Shown here: in pieces, positions 1 to 13,098 of the stretch | Position numbering within the stretch: the stretch's first letter is position 1 | Layout: every line of letters starts with the position of its first letter | From: Vibrio alginolyticus NBRC 15630 = ATCC 17749 | GTDB taxonomy: Bacteria; Pseudomonadota; Gammaproteobacteria; Enterobacterales; Vibrionaceae | Direction of reading: 5' to 3' | NCBI RefSeq assembly: GCF_000354175.2 | Contig: NC_022349.1 | Coordinates: forward strand, 1,770,001-1,802,000 | Length of the DNA stretch: 32,000 bases | Made by a program: the position numbers and the translations under genes | Notes under the pieces: generated by a model | Databases searched by the model: none | Told to the model about the DNA's origin: nothing | The model's input: only the letters and a program-made list of their open reading frames with translations

Positions 1-601
1 TCTTGATTACTCTCCCTTTTGTTGGCCACAACCACTTTGAAACTTTATCACTCTTTGCTGTGGTGGTTGGCGCTTTTTGCTTCACTTTTTGGTTATCTTT
101 TGAACCAACATACTCCTTTGTTTTCGATTGTTCAACCTTCTTTGGAGGCTGTTTTTGTACGACTTTAGGCTTAGTCTCTGTAGGTTTTTGACTAGAGTTT
201 TTACTCGAAGGTTTAGGTTTAGAGGCTGTTGATGTTTTCGTCACTGGAGCTGGGGGTGTCGTAACAACAGGAGCCACAACGGGTTCAACTTTTTGACCAT
301 ATTTAGGGGCGACATATTTCGGAGCCCAAAGTTTTAGCCTCTGTCCTGGGTAGATAGTGTAAGGCTGAGTTAACTCATTGTAACGAACAAGATCATTTAC
401 ATCTTTATCTGTGACATAAGCTATGAAGTAAAGCGTATCGCCTTTTTTTACCTCATAATAACTCCCTCTGTAACTCCCTCTTTCAAGGCTTGAATAGTCT
501 TTTTTTAGGCTAGAGACAGGTGCAGGGGAATGCGCTGCACAACCAACTAGTCCTGCAGCAAACACAAAGCTAATACCAATATGACGTAGTAACTTATTCA
601 C
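1..601 (-). CDS. nlpD: Murein hydrolase activator lipoprotein NlpD, N-terminal ~200 codons (continues past the left edge)
   Basis: Absent from the ORF track because it has no stop codon in the window. The start is GTG at 601-599, preceded by AGGGA. The translation VNKLLRHIGISFVFAAGLVGC gives a lipoprotein signal peptide with a lipobox. A LysM-like block follows (YYEVKKGDTLYFIAYVTDKDVNDLVRYNELTQPYTIYPGQRL), then a Pro/Thr/Lys-rich linker. It ends ...KWLWPTKGRVIK, the start of the M23/LytM domain. It lies downstream of pcm, as in E. coli. Confidence 0.85.
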   Translation of the reverse strand, partial: MNKLLRHIGISFVFAAGLVGCAAHSPAPVSSLKKDYSSLERGSYRGSYYEVKKGDTLYFIAYVTDKDVNDLVRYNELTQPYTIYPGQRLKLWAPKYVAPKYGQKVEPVVAPVVTTPPAPVTKTSTASKPKPSSKNSSQKPTETKPKVVQKQPPKKVEQSKTKEYVGSKDNQKVKQKAPTTTAKSDKVSKWLWPTKGRVIK

Positions 602-614
602 CTATCCCTAACCC

Positions 615-1241
615 TTAAGCTAAATCACCCGCAACCAGAGGTACGAACCGAACCATTTCTACAACGGTAGAGAGATATTCGTCTCCCTTACGCTCTATTT
701 TTAATAACTGTTGTTCCGTATCTCCAACAGGAATGACCATTTTGCCACCATCTCTTAATTGTGAGAGAAGAGCTTGGGGAATCACTTCAGCGGCAGCGGT
801 AACAATAATAGCATCGAAAGGACCTCGCGCTTCCCAGCCCTGCCACCCATCAGCATGCTTAGTTGAAACATTGTAGATATCCAATTGCTTCAGGCGACGC
901 TTTGCTTCCCATTGCAACGATTTAATTCGCTCAACGGAGTATACATGATCAACAATTTGCGCCAGTACCGCGGTTTGATAACCCGATCCCGTTCCGATTT
1001 CCAGAACACGACTCGCCGGTTCTAGCTCAAGCAACTCGGTCATACGAGCAACAATATAAGGCTGAGAAATAGTTTGTCCCTGACCAATTGGTAACGCATT
1101 GTTATCATAGGCTTGGTGCATCATCGCTTGAGAAACAAAGCTTTCTCGTGGCAAGCGTTGGATAGCATCCAGAACTCTTTGGTCTTTGATGCCACTGGAG
1201 ATAAGAAACGCTATCAACCTGTCAGCATGTGGGTTACTCAT
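615..1241 (-). CDS. pcm: Protein-L-isoaspartate O-methyltransferase
   Basis: The ORF-track protein contains [24 protein letters not shown] and the SAM motif [14 protein letters not shown] place the start at the ATG at 1241-1239 (MSNPHADRL..., 208 aa, same length as E. coli Pcm). This overlaps the surE stop as TAATG. The longer ORF-track start at 1262 would overlap surE. Confidence 0.93.
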   Translation of the reverse strand: MSNPHADRLIAFLISSGIKDQRVLDAIQRLPRESFVSQAMMHQAYDNNALPIGQGQTISQPYIVARMTELLELEPASRVLEIGTGSGYQTAVLAQIVDHVYSVERIKSLQWEAKRRLKQLDIYNVSTKHADGWQGWEARGPFDAIIVTAAAEVIPQALLSQLRDGGKMVIPVGDTEQQLLKIERKGDEYLSTVVEMVRFVPLVAGDLA

Positions 1242-2017
1242 TACTTCTCTTCCTTTAACCAACTATCCATAGCACGCAGCGACTCGTGAGCGGTGAGATC
1301 AACTTGCAGAGGCGTCATTGAAACTCGGCCATGCTCAATTGCATAAAAGTCCGTGCCCTCTCCTGCATCTTGCTCCTTTCCTGGTGGGCCTAACCAATAA
1401 ATGTCATGGCCTCTCGGATCTTTCTGCTTGATCATATTCTCTGCGTGATGACGTGCACCTAAACGCGTAACTTCAATTTCACCTAAATTCTCTGATGGTA
1501 AGTCAGGCACGTTTACGTTCAGTAGACGATTCGTTGGAATCGGCGACGCTAAATGCTGTTGTACAATTTGACGTGCAATTTTAGCGGCGGATTCGAAATG
1601 TCGCTTACCCACTAGAGAAAAAGCCACCGACTGAACGCCAAGGAAATGACCTTCCATGGCGGCTGCTACTGTTCCAGAATAAAGAACATCATCACCCAAA
1701 TTAGCGCCATGGTTGATTCCTGACAGAACAAGATCAGGCAAATCATCTTTCATTAGCTCATTCAGCGCGAAATGCACACAATCCGTGGGCGTGCCTTGCA
1801 CTGAGTAGATATTTGGGGCAATTTCAGTCACGCGTAATGGTTGTTCTAATGTGAGTGAATTCGAAGCACCTGAACGATTTCGATCAGGTGCGACAATGGT
1901 CACTTCGGCGATATCTCTCAACTCATCAGCGAGGGCATGAATCCCTTGTGCATGAACACCATCATCATTGCTGATTAAGACTCTTAAGGGCTTCGGGTTT
2001 CGTGAATCCTGTTCCAT
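1241..2017 (-). CDS. surE: 5'/3'-nucleotidase SurE
   Basis: Contains the motifs [28 protein letters not shown] and [11 protein letters not shown]. The start overlaps the truD stop as TAATG. Confidence 0.95.
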   Translation of the reverse strand: MEQDSRNPKPLRVLISNDDGVHAQGIHALADELRDIAEVTIVAPDRNRSGASNSLTLEQPLRVTEIAPNIYSVQGTPTDCVHFALNELMKDDLPDLVLSGINHGANLGDDVLYSGTVAAAMEGHFLGVQSVAFSLVGKRHFESAAKIARQIVQQHLASPIPTNRLLNVNVPDLPSENLGEIEVTRLGARHHAENMIKQKDPRGHDIYWLGPPGKEQDAGEGTDFYAIEHGRVSMTPLQVDLTAHESLRAMDSWLKEEK

Positions 2018-3060
2018 TAGTATTCTCTTTCTACTTCAACCTCATTAACTAACTCACGAACAATAGAGGTCGCAAAAGATCCCGCATCCAGTGAGAAAGT
2101 CAGCGTAATGTTGTTACCTTCAACCGTCCAAGCTAAATCTTTTGGCTTCAGCGCAATATCGCGACGATCGTGGCGCATGCGATTACCACGAATCAGCGCC
2201 ATGAGGTCAGGCTCTTCGTCTAAAAACGGTTGCTCTAATGCCAGAGCCTCGGCTTGAGTAGGCAGTGCATTATCGCCAGCAAGCGCAGCGGTAATTGCCG
2301 CTTCACCTTGTGCAAATTGCACTTGCAAATCAGTGATGTTGTTTGCATCAATCAACTGAGTGCCAGAATTCGTCTGTGCAATGTCACCATCAATGAACTT
2401 ATCAAACACACAATTCTCTAGACGAGCTGAAACGATGCGGTTGAAAATCCACGAACGAGCCGCTGATAAATACATGCTTCGCTTGTTTTGATTGCGGGTA
2501 CGAACGTTTTCGCGTCCCCATCGACGTGCTTCTTCAAGGTTGTTGCCATCGTTACCAAAACGCTGACTACCAAAGTAGTTTGGCACGCCAACTTGTTTCA
2601 CTTTTTCAAGACGTTGCTCTACATCCGCTATATCTGTCACTTCAGACAAAGTAACCACGAACTCGTTCCCTACTAGGTCACCAGGACGCAGTTTTTTATT
2701 GTGACGATCTGTTGCAAGGATTTCGATACTTGGGTATTGAGCCAAAAACGCTGAAAAATCTGGCGTTTCACCTTTTGGTAAATGGACACTTAACCACTGT
2801 TCCGTCACCGCATGACGGTCTTTAAGACCCGCCCAGCTAACGTCTTTCGACTTAACACCACAGGCTTTTGCTAACTCGTTAGCAACGAAGCTGGTGTTCT
2901 CGCCCGTTTTACGGATACGAACCATTAAGTGCTCGCCTTCGCCCGTAAAGGCAAAACCTAAATCTTCGCGAACCTGAAAATGCTCTGGCTGCGCTTTAAT
3001 TTTTGCCGATGCAACTGGCTTACCCGTTAGGTAAGCCAATGAAGATAAAATGTCTGACAT
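2017..3060 (-). CDS. truD: tRNA pseudouridine(13) synthase TruD
   Basis: 347 aa. Contains [30 protein letters not shown] and [13 protein letters not shown], which are collinear with E. coli TruD. Confidence 0.95.
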   Translation of the reverse strand: MSDILSSLAYLTGKPVASAKIKAQPEHFQVREDLGFAFTGEGEHLMVRIRKTGENTSFVANELAKACGVKSKDVSWAGLKDRHAVTEQWLSVHLPKGETPDFSAFLAQYPSIEILATDRHNKKLRPGDLVGNEFVVTLSEVTDIADVEQRLEKVKQVGVPNYFGSQRFGNDGNNLEEARRWGRENVRTRNQNKRSMYLSAARSWIFNRIVSARLENCVFDKFIDGDIAQTNSGTQLIDANNITDLQVQFAQGEAAITAALAGDNALPTQAEALALEQPFLDEEPDLMALIRGNRMRHDRRDIALKPKDLAWTVEGNNITLTFSLDAGSFATSIVRELVNEVEVEREY

Positions 3061-3105
3061 GATGTGTTTCCGCTGATATCACAGCTTAGAGGAGCAAATT
3101 GCTAG

Positions 3106-3582
3106 TTATTGCTTAAACAGAAGTACAACGGCTTCCGTTGCAATGCCTTCTTTGCGTCCAGTAAAACCGAGACGTTCTGTCGTCGTCGCTTTTACGTTAA
3201 TGTTACTAATGTCGGTTTCTAGGTCTTCGGCTATCGCCGCACACATTGCGTCAATGTGTGGTGCCATTTTAGGCGCTTGTGCCATGATGGTTACATCAGC
3301 ATTGCCAAGGCGGTAGCCTTGCTCTTTAACTCGACGGTAAACGTCTTTCAGTAATTCACGACTGTTTGCGCCTTTCCATTTATCATCCGTATCTGGGAAA
3401 TGACGACCAATATCGCCGGCAGCAATCGCGCCCAGCAGAGCATCCGTTAACGCATGCAACGCTACATCGCCATCTGAGTGTGCAATCAAACCTTGCTCAT
3501 AAGGGATTGCTACACCACCAATAATGACTGGGCCTTCACCACCGAATTTATGTACATCGAAACCATGACCAATTCGAATCAT
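3106..3582 (-). CDS. ispF: 2-C-methyl-D-erythritol 2,4-cyclodiphosphate synthase
   Basis: 158 aa. Contains [13 protein letters not shown]...[11 protein letters not shown]...[11 protein letters not shown], typical of IspF. Confidence 0.96.
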
Positions 3583-3596
3583 TTTCTATCCTTTCT

Positions 3597-4304
3597 TTAT
3601 TCGCCGCGCTCACGGCTTAGATAAAACTCGGCTAACGCAAGGTCTTCTGGCTGAGTGATTTTTATATTGTTCGCATTCCCTTGAACTAAGGCTGGCTTCT
3701 CGCCTAACCACTCCAAAGCCGAGGCTTCATCAGTAATAGTTACACCCTGTTCTAATGCGTCAGCCAGTGCTTGAGTAAGCTGCTGAGTTTTAAACATTTG
3801 TGGAGTCAGTGCATGCCACAATGCTTCTCTATCTACCGTATGATCGATATCTTGTACTGCGTTTGCTCGCTTCATTGTATCTCTCACAGGAGATGCGAGA
3901 ATGCCACCCGTTGAGTGGGCGCAGCAAACATCAATCAAACGGTCAATGTCGGATGTTAATACACATGGCCTCGCAGCGTCGTGGACTAATACCCACTCGC
4001 TTTCCAGATGCTCATTGACATAGTTTAGCCCTGATAACACAGAGTCTGCTCTTTCTTTACCACCAGCTACACGAATCACATCTGGGTGCTTAGCAATGGA
4101 CAATTCTGGGTAATATGGGTCGCCGTCAGTAATGGCAACGACAACCTTAGAAATATTTGGGTGAGAAAGCAGTTTCTCTACGGTATGTTCCAGTACCGCT
4201 TTACCTTCGATCAATAAATATTGCTTAGGGCGATCTGCCTTCATTCTGCTCCCTACACCAGCAGCAGGCACAATTGCGATATGCGATGAGTTCATATCCA
4301 ACAT
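3597..4304 (-). CDS. ispD: 2-C-methyl-D-erythritol 4-phosphate cytidylyltransferase
   Basis: Contains [11 protein letters not shown]...[15 protein letters not shown] and ITDEASALE. The ORF-track start at 4322 is a GTG inside ftsB. I prefer the ATG at 4304-4302 (MLDMNSSH...), which sits 1 nt after the ftsB stop with GAGGAAA upstream. Confidence 0.9.
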   Translation of the reverse strand: MLDMNSSHIAIVPAAGVGSRMKADRPKQYLLIEGKAVLEHTVEKLLSHPNISKVVVAITDGDPYYPELSIAKHPDVIRVAGGKERADSVLSGLNYVNEHLESEWVLVHDAARPCVLTSDIDRLIDVCCAHSTGGILASPVRDTMKRANAVQDIDHTVDREALWHALTPQMFKTQQLTQALADALEQGVTITDEASALEWLGEKPALVQGNANNIKITQPEDLALAEFYLSRERGE

Positions 4305-4305
4305 T

Positions 4306-4587
4306 TTAATGGTTTTCCTCACCTATAATGCGGTAAAAAGTCTCGCCATCTTTAACTAAACCGAGCTCATGACGCGCACGTTCTTCAATCGCATCAAGAC
4401 CTTGCCTTAAGTCATCAATCTCAGCGAACATTTCATTGTTGCGAGCTTTTAGCTTGCTGTTCACTTGTTGCTGAACTTCAATTTCATCTTTTACTGTGTA
4501 GTAGTCAGACACTCCGTTTTTACCAAACCATAGAGTGTATTGAAGCAAGCCAAACAGTAGCGTAAGGGCTATAACAAAGATTCGCAT
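4306..4587 (-). CDS. ftsB: Cell division protein FtsB
   Basis: 93 aa. It has an N-terminal transmembrane helix followed by a coiled coil ([22 protein letters not shown]) and ARHELGLV. It lies upstream of ispD, as in E. coli. Confidence 0.9.
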   Translation of the reverse strand: MRIFVIALTLLFGLLQYTLWFGKNGVSDYYTVKDEIEVQQQVNSKLKARNNEMFAEIDDLRQGLDAIEERARHELGLVKDGETFYRIIGEENH

Positions 4588-4838
4588 ATCGCTGCTAACA
4601 TTCTGTACCGGAAGGAATTAGATAAGGTGACATATATAGCATAAATGCGAGGTTGCCTCTAGGGGAGAAAGGGAGACTCACACGCTCCTTACAAGAAATA
4701 AGCAGCAAAATGAAACAAGCTCATAGGAAGCGCTCCTTACCCATGACCAAAGTAAGAGCCAAAAATACAAACTTATAAATACAAAAAAACCGCCGTAGCG
4801 ATGGTTTCACAAAGCTATTTAGCGAAACTTTACTCAAT

Positions 4839-4915
4839 AAGAATTAAGCTTGACCTTTAACTTCTTTAAGACCGCTTCCTTGAAACATGGAGGAGCGCGC
4901 TCACTTAGAGCTTCC
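4839..4915 (-). repeat. Degenerate direct duplicate of the eno 3' end (last ~20 codons, the stop and 5 nt of flank)
   Basis: Bases 4839-4874 are identical to 4985-5020 (36/36). Three further blocks are shared: ttgaaa, ggagcgcgctcac and tagagcttcc. They are interrupted by 5-nt and 6-nt insertions and one C/T mismatch, so the reading frame is broken. Confidence 0.9.
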
Positions 4916-4920
4916 GTCAT

Positions 4921-4950
4921 ATAAAAAACGCCCCGCAAGTGCGAGGCGTT
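4921..4950 (-). terminator. Rho-independent terminator of eno
   Basis: On the minus strand the sequence is aaaACGCCTCGCacttGCGGGGCGTtttttat. It is a GC-rich stem with 7 of 8 pairs, followed by U6, about 40 nt after the eno stop. Confidence 0.8.
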
Positions 4951-4989
4951 TTCAAAAGCTTTAAGTTAAGCGGTTAATTCAATTAAGAA

Positions 4990-6321
<1,332 letters not shown>

Positions 6322-6369
6322 TCAATCTTAAAGGGCAGCAGCACAACCTTCGCCGCCGCCCGTATCCTT

Positions 6370-8082
<1,713 letters not shown>

Positions 8083-8215
8083 TTACCGCCACAACGTGAA
8101 ATCTATCACACCGTAATTTTTTATTTTTTGCTTCAAATCAAAGTGAGCAAAGACAAACCAAAGTCCGTTTTCGTGTAACCAAACAAGCTGACCTTATATT
8201 ATGTATTCTGCCAGT

Positions 8216-9019
8216 TTACCTCTGCCTCGATTCTTCTTGTTTTACTTCATCCCAAAAATGGTCAAGTTCTGATAAAGAACAATCTGTAAGTACTTTGCCT
8301 GACTGCTGGACCTTACCTTCAACTTGTTTAAAACGTCGCGCAAACTTTACGTTTGCTTTTCCTAGTGCGACTTCTGGGTTTTTATCAAGGTGGCGAGCCA
8401 AATTGACAGTCGCAAATAGCAAATCACCGAGCTCCAACTCAACTTTCTCTTCATCGGGCTGAACTTGCAGTGCCTCTTCCATGACTTCGTCAATTTCTTC
8501 TCGTACTTTATCGACAACCGGGCCAAGTGAATCCCAATCAAACCCAAATTTTGCACATTTTTTCTGAATTTTTGTAGCACGAGAAAGTGCCGGCAAAGAG
8601 TTTGGTATTGAGTCTAGGATACTTTCTTCCGCTTTGCCTACTAGGGCTTTTTCTTTTGCTTTTTCCGCTTCCCAGTTCGCGTTAATTTCCTCGTCAGATT
8701 CAAACTCAACATCTGAAAAAACATGCGGGTGGCGACGAGTCAGTTTTTCGTTCACGGTTTCGACGACATCCGAAAAGTCGAACAGCTCTTGCTCTTTCGC
8801 TAGCTGACTGTAAAAAATCACCTGAAACAACAAATCCCCTAGCTCTTCTTTTAGATTGGGCCAATCTCGATTTTGAATCGCGTCCACCACTTCGTAGGTT
8901 TCTTCTATAGTATGCGGAACGATGGTGTCAAAGGTTTGTTTTAAGTCCCAAGGGCAACCGTTTTCTGGGTCACGCAACTTCGCCATGATTTGTTCTAACT
9001 GTTCAATTGGATGACTCAT
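8216..9019 (-). CDS. mazG: Nucleoside triphosphate pyrophosphohydrolase MazG
   Basis: 267 aa. It has tandem MazG domains ([10 protein letters not shown]...ELGDLLF and EEIDEVMEE...ELGDLLF). It lies downstream of relA. Confidence 0.93.
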   Translation of the reverse strand: MSHPIEQLEQIMAKLRDPENGCPWDLKQTFDTIVPHTIEETYEVVDAIQNRDWPNLKEELGDLLFQVIFYSQLAKEQELFDFSDVVETVNEKLTRRHPHVFSDVEFESDEEINANWEAEKAKEKALVGKAEESILDSIPNSLPALSRATKIQKKCAKFGFDWDSLGPVVDKVREEIDEVMEEALQVQPDEEKVELELGDLLFATVNLARHLDKNPEVALGKANVKFARRFKQVEGKVQQSGKVLTDCSLSELDHFWDEVKQEESRQR

Positions 9020-9044
9020 TTTTTGTTCCTTTAAACCTTTCTAT

Positions 9045-9080
9045 TAAAGAAAAAGGTGAGCAGCCAAAACCACTCACCTT
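9045..9080 (-). terminator. Intrinsic terminator or attenuator between relA and mazG
   Basis: A perfect 8-bp stem pairs AAGGTGAG (9053-9060) with CTCACCTT (9073-9080) across a 12-nt loop. On the minus strand it is followed by TTTTTCTTT. It ends about 26 nt upstream of the mazG ATG. Confidence 0.6.
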
Positions 9081-9243
9081 CCACATTGTATTTTCTCAGC
9101 AGCTTTCACTAAGTAATTGTTACTTTGACAAGGCAACAAATTTTCGCGACTCCTGAGCATAGCTCGCCTATGTGATGAGCCTGGGCCGGCACTCCGGAGT
9201 GCGTGCAGTCAACAACGCTACAACGACAACTATGACGAGAGTT

Positions 9244-11463
9244 TTAGCCGAGGCGTTTCACCGTCATGACATCCTTGATCTGTTCCACACGCTTCGAAAC
9301 CCGCGAAAGCACCTCAATATTGGTGACTTCTAGGTCAAAGTCCATGATGGCAAGTTGACGTCTGTAGTCGACTCGGTTCTTCATACTGGTCACTTTGATC
9401 TTTTCGTTGGCGAACAGTGTCGTAATGTCTTTGAGTAGACCACCTCGCTCCATCGCTTCAACACGCACGGTGAGGATGTATGACCCCACAAAGCCGCTGC
9501 CCCAGACTGTATCGATGATGCGCTCTGGCGCATGATGGCGCAGTTCTTCTAACTGTTCACAGTCACTACGGTGTACTGAAATCCCACGACCTTGCGTTAT
9601 GTAACCAGAGATATCGTCACCTGGAATTGGCTGACAGCAACGTGCTAGATGTGTCATTAGGTTATCGACGCCTTCTACTACAACTGCGTCTTTTTTCGGT
9701 CGGCTTTGCGCGGGTGATTTATGCTCAGCTTCTTGCAGTTTTTCCAGTGCTTGCTGGTCTTCTTCCTCTGCCGTTGGCTTGTTAACTAACGCGTTAATAT
9801 GGTTAATGATTTGGTTGATGCGCAAATCACCGCTACCTACACCAACATACAATTCATCTGGTGTTTTGACGTTAAACCGCTTGAGGGCGTAATGCTCTGC
9901 ATCTTTTAACGTTGCGCCAATTTTGGCTAACTCATGCTCAAGGATTTCACGACCTGCTTCAAGGTTCTTCTCACGGCTTTGTTTTCGGAACCAGGCGTTA
10001 ATTTTGGCACGCGCACGACCAGAATGAACGAAGCCTAATGATGGGTTTAACCAGTCACGAGATGGGTTAGGTTCTTTCTGAGTGATAATCTCGACTTGGT
10101 CACCCATATGTAATTTATGCGTGAACGGCACAATACGACCTCCGACTTTGGCACCGATACAACGGTGTCCCACTTCGGAGTGAATGTGATAGGCAAAATC
10201 TAGCGGCGTTGCCCCCATTGGCAAATCGACAACATCACCACGTGGTGTAAAGGCATAAACACGGTCATCAAAGACTTGGCTACGCAGCTCATCGAGCATT
10301 TCGCCAGAGTCAGACATTTCTTCTTGCCAATCCAATAGCTTACGCAGCCACGTGATCTTCTCATCATAACCGCTTCGGCTGCTTGCCCCTTCTTTATATT
10401 TCCAGTGCGCTGCAACCCCCAGTTCCGACTCTTCATGCATTTGCTTGGTACGAATCTGGATCTCGATGGTTTTGCCTTCTGGCCCTAGAATTACTGTATG
10501 GATCGATTGATAACCGTTTGGTTTAGGGTTAGCAACGTAGTCATCAAACTCGCTCGGTAGGTGCTTGTATTTGGTGTGAACTACGCCTAAAGCCGCGTAA
10601 CAATCTTGCAGTTTGTCTGCGATGATACGCACTGCTCGCACATCAAACAGCTCATCAAAGGCCAAACTCTTTTTCTGCATTTTTCGCCAAATGCTGTAGA
10701 TGTGCTTAGGTCGACCACTCACTTCGGCATTGATGCCCGACACTTCCATTTCGTGCGTGAGGTCTTCAACAAAGTCTTTGATGTACTGTTCACGAACAAT
10801 GCGTCGCTCAGAAAGCTGTTTGGCAATTTGTTTGTAAGTTTCCGGTTGTTGGTAGCGGAAAGCGTAATCTTCAATTTCCCATTTCAGCTGACCGATGCCT
10901 AATCGGTTTGCTAGCGGCGCATAGATGTTGGCACACTCTTTTGCCGCCGCACGTCGAACTTCATCTGGCGCTTTTTTAACTTCAATAAGATTACAAATTC
11001 GTTCCGCGAGCTTGATAACTACGCAGCGGAAGTCATCCACCATGGCAAGCAGCATACGGCGTACGTTATCTACCTGAGATGACGCTGCACTGCCTTCCAT
11101 GTTGACGTTGAGTTGGCCAATAGCAGCCATTTCTTCAACGCCGTCGATTAATTTTATGATTTCTTTGCTGTATTTCTCTTCCAGAATTTCTCTGTTAAAA
11201 GCACCACTTGAAACCAAAGGAAACAGTTGAGCAGCCACTAAAGTGGCTTGATCCATAGACAAGGTGATCAAAATTTCGATCATTTCTCGTCCACGCCACA
11301 ACAACAGCTCCGCTTGCTCGTTATCAGCTAATACCGTCTGGCAATCTCGATATACTTCGATTAAGCGTGAGGCTGTGTTTTTCTCTTGTCCTAGGCTAGC
11401 CACCCAGTTTTCGAGTTCAAACTGTTCATCTTGGTTTAAATGCGCGCTTCTTACCGCAACCAT
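9244..11463 (-). CDS. relA: GTP pyrophosphokinase ((p)ppGpp synthetase I) RelA
   Basis: 739 aa. The N-terminus MVAVRSAHLN matches E. coli RelA. The synthetase, TGS and ACT regions are collinear with it. Confidence 0.97.
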   Translation of the reverse strand: MVAVRSAHLNQDEQFELENWVASLGQEKNTASRLIEVYRDCQTVLADNEQAELLLWRGREMIEILITLSMDQATLVAAQLFPLVSSGAFNREILEEKYSKEIIKLIDGVEEMAAIGQLNVNMEGSAASSQVDNVRRMLLAMVDDFRCVVIKLAERICNLIEVKKAPDEVRRAAAKECANIYAPLANRLGIGQLKWEIEDYAFRYQQPETYKQIAKQLSERRIVREQYIKDFVEDLTHEMEVSGINAEVSGRPKHIYSIWRKMQKKSLAFDELFDVRAVRIIADKLQDCYAALGVVHTKYKHLPSEFDDYVANPKPNGYQSIHTVILGPEGKTIEIQIRTKQMHEESELGVAAHWKYKEGASSRSGYDEKITWLRKLLDWQEEMSDSGEMLDELRSQVFDDRVYAFTPRGDVVDLPMGATPLDFAYHIHSEVGHRCIGAKVGGRIVPFTHKLHMGDQVEIITQKEPNPSRDWLNPSLGFVHSGRARAKINAWFRKQSREKNLEAGREILEHELAKIGATLKDAEHYALKRFNVKTPDELYVGVGSGDLRINQIINHINALVNKPTAEEEDQQALEKLQEAEHKSPAQSRPKKDAVVVEGVDNLMTHLARCCQPIPGDDISGYITQGRGISVHRSDCEQLEELRHHAPERIIDTVWGSGFVGSYILTVRVEAMERGGLLKDITTLFANEKIKVTSMKNRVDYRRQLAIMDFDLEVTNIEVLSRVSKRVEQIKDVMTVKRLG

Positions 11464-11586
11464 CTCATCATCCTAATTATTATATTCGTGTGGTTTGACT
11501 AACACCGTCCAGGTTAGTTCTTTTTACCGCGCGTACACGCTGGCTTTATGACCACCCACCACAAATAAGGGGTCAAAGTCCTAAAG

Positions 11587-12906
11587 TTAGGACTTTTCAA
11601 ACAATGCCATCGATTCTAGATGACTGGTATGAGGGAACATGTCCAGCATACCTAATTTCGTTAATTTATAGCCTTGCTCTATCAAGCTTTGACTATCCCT
11701 AGCAAGGGTAGCAGGATTACAAGAAACATAAACTACACGCTGTGCGCCAAGCTCAGAAACTTGATCGATGATCCCACTCGCTCCCGCGCGTGCCGGGTCT
11801 AATAATACTTTATCAAACCGCTCTGCGGCCCAGGCTTGGCCTTCAAAATCTTGCTCAAGGTTAGCGTGATAAAATTGCGCGTTATTGATTTGGTTCAAAG
11901 ATGCATTGTTTGTGGCTTTTTCTACCATCTCTGCAACACCCTCTACTCCAACCACGTACTTAGCTAATTTCGCAACTGGTAAACTAAAGTTGCCTAAACC
12001 ACAGAACAAATCTAACACTCGGTCACTCTTTTGTGGGTCTAACCACTCAACCGCTTGTTTGACCATTTGTTGGTTTACACCTTGGTTTACTTGAATAAAG
12101 TTATTTGGTGCAAAAGGGATTTTCACTCCAACTTCTTGATAAAAAGGCATATCGCCTTCGATAAGGTCTAATTGTTCTGTCGATGGCATTAAGTAAAACG
12201 ATGCGCCATGACGTTTTGCCAACTCCGTTAGAGATTGAGTTTCACTCGTTGTCAGAGCGCTCAAGTGGCGCAGCGTAATACACGGCCCATTATCACCAAG
12301 TACCAGCTCTACATGACCCAATTGTTCCGGCTTTTTGAACGCTTTTAGGGCTGAGTAAATCTCTGGCAGCAAAACATTCAGTTCCGGTGCCAGCACTGGG
12401 CAATCGGTCACTTGCGCAATTTGCTTACTCTGCTTTTTACGGAAACCAAAATGTAGCTGACGTGTTTTTTTATCAACAAACAAGCTCACTCTCGCACGGC
12501 GACGGTAGGCCTGCGAATATCCCAATAACGGGGCATCTAGTTCAATATCACTGCCTGAAAATTTTCGCATTAGCTGACGCAACGTTTGCTGTTTGTACGT
12601 CAATTGTTGGTCATAATCTAAATGCTGCAAATCACAGCCACCGCACTCATGATAATGTGGGCAAAATGGCTCCACACGAGCTTCACTCGGCTTAAGGATT
12701 TTAATCAACTTACCGCGAGCGTATTTGCTCTTTTCTTCCACCAATTGAGTGATCACCTCCTCACCCGGCAGTGCTCCATCAATAAACAATGGCTTCTTTT
12801 TGAGGTAAGCAATGCCTGCGCCGTGGTGATCTAAACGCTCTACTTGCACTGCTTGGTGCCGAGTATTGAGTTGGGTTTTCTTTTTCGGTTGAAAGATGCG
12901 TGCCAT
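11587..12906 (-). CDS. rlmD: 23S rRNA (uracil1939-C5)-methyltransferase RlmD (RumA)
   Basis: 439 aa. It has a TRAM-like N-terminus, the Fe-S cysteine cluster [14 protein letters not shown], the SAM motif [14 protein letters not shown] and [13 protein letters not shown]. Confidence 0.94.
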   Translation of the reverse strand: MARIFQPKKKTQLNTRHQAVQVERLDHHGAGIAYLKKKPLFIDGALPGEEVITQLVEEKSKYARGKLIKILKPSEARVEPFCPHYHECGGCDLQHLDYDQQLTYKQQTLRQLMRKFSGSDIELDAPLLGYSQAYRRRARVSLFVDKKTRQLHFGFRKKQSKQIAQVTDCPVLAPELNVLLPEIYSALKAFKKPEQLGHVELVLGDNGPCITLRHLSALTTSETQSLTELAKRHGASFYLMPSTEQLDLIEGDMPFYQEVGVKIPFAPNNFIQVNQGVNQQMVKQAVEWLDPQKSDRVLDLFCGLGNFSLPVAKLAKYVVGVEGVAEMVEKATNNASLNQINNAQFYHANLEQDFEGQAWAAERFDKVLLDPARAGASGIIDQVSELGAQRVVYVSCNPATLARDSQSLIEQGYKLTKLGMLDMFPHTSHLESMALFEKS

Positions 12907-13098
12907 GCTCTATGCCTGATTTATGTGTAATTGCTCTTCGGCTTCACTATTCTTGATTGCAGCCGTTGTGTGATTCGAGTGACTTGATTATGCTTACCGT
13001 TTATTCGGTGACGTCACTTCTTTGCTCAAGGCTTTATCGTGCGCTTGAGAAATAATGCGTTATTTTCCCATATCCAGACTCCGATGTAATTAGATAAC

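Noticed and set aside
3-191. A 62-aa plus-strand ORF at the left edge
   Set aside because: It is antisense to the well-supported nlpD reading frame (lipobox, LysM, start of the M23 domain). Its hydrophobic and low-complexity composition reflects the complement of the Lys/Pro/Thr linker codons.
13008-13017. 10-bp palindrome GTGACGTCAC in the rlmD-barA divergent region
   Set aside because: It is a short, single palindrome with no partner motifs. It cannot be tied to a known regulator from the sequence alone.
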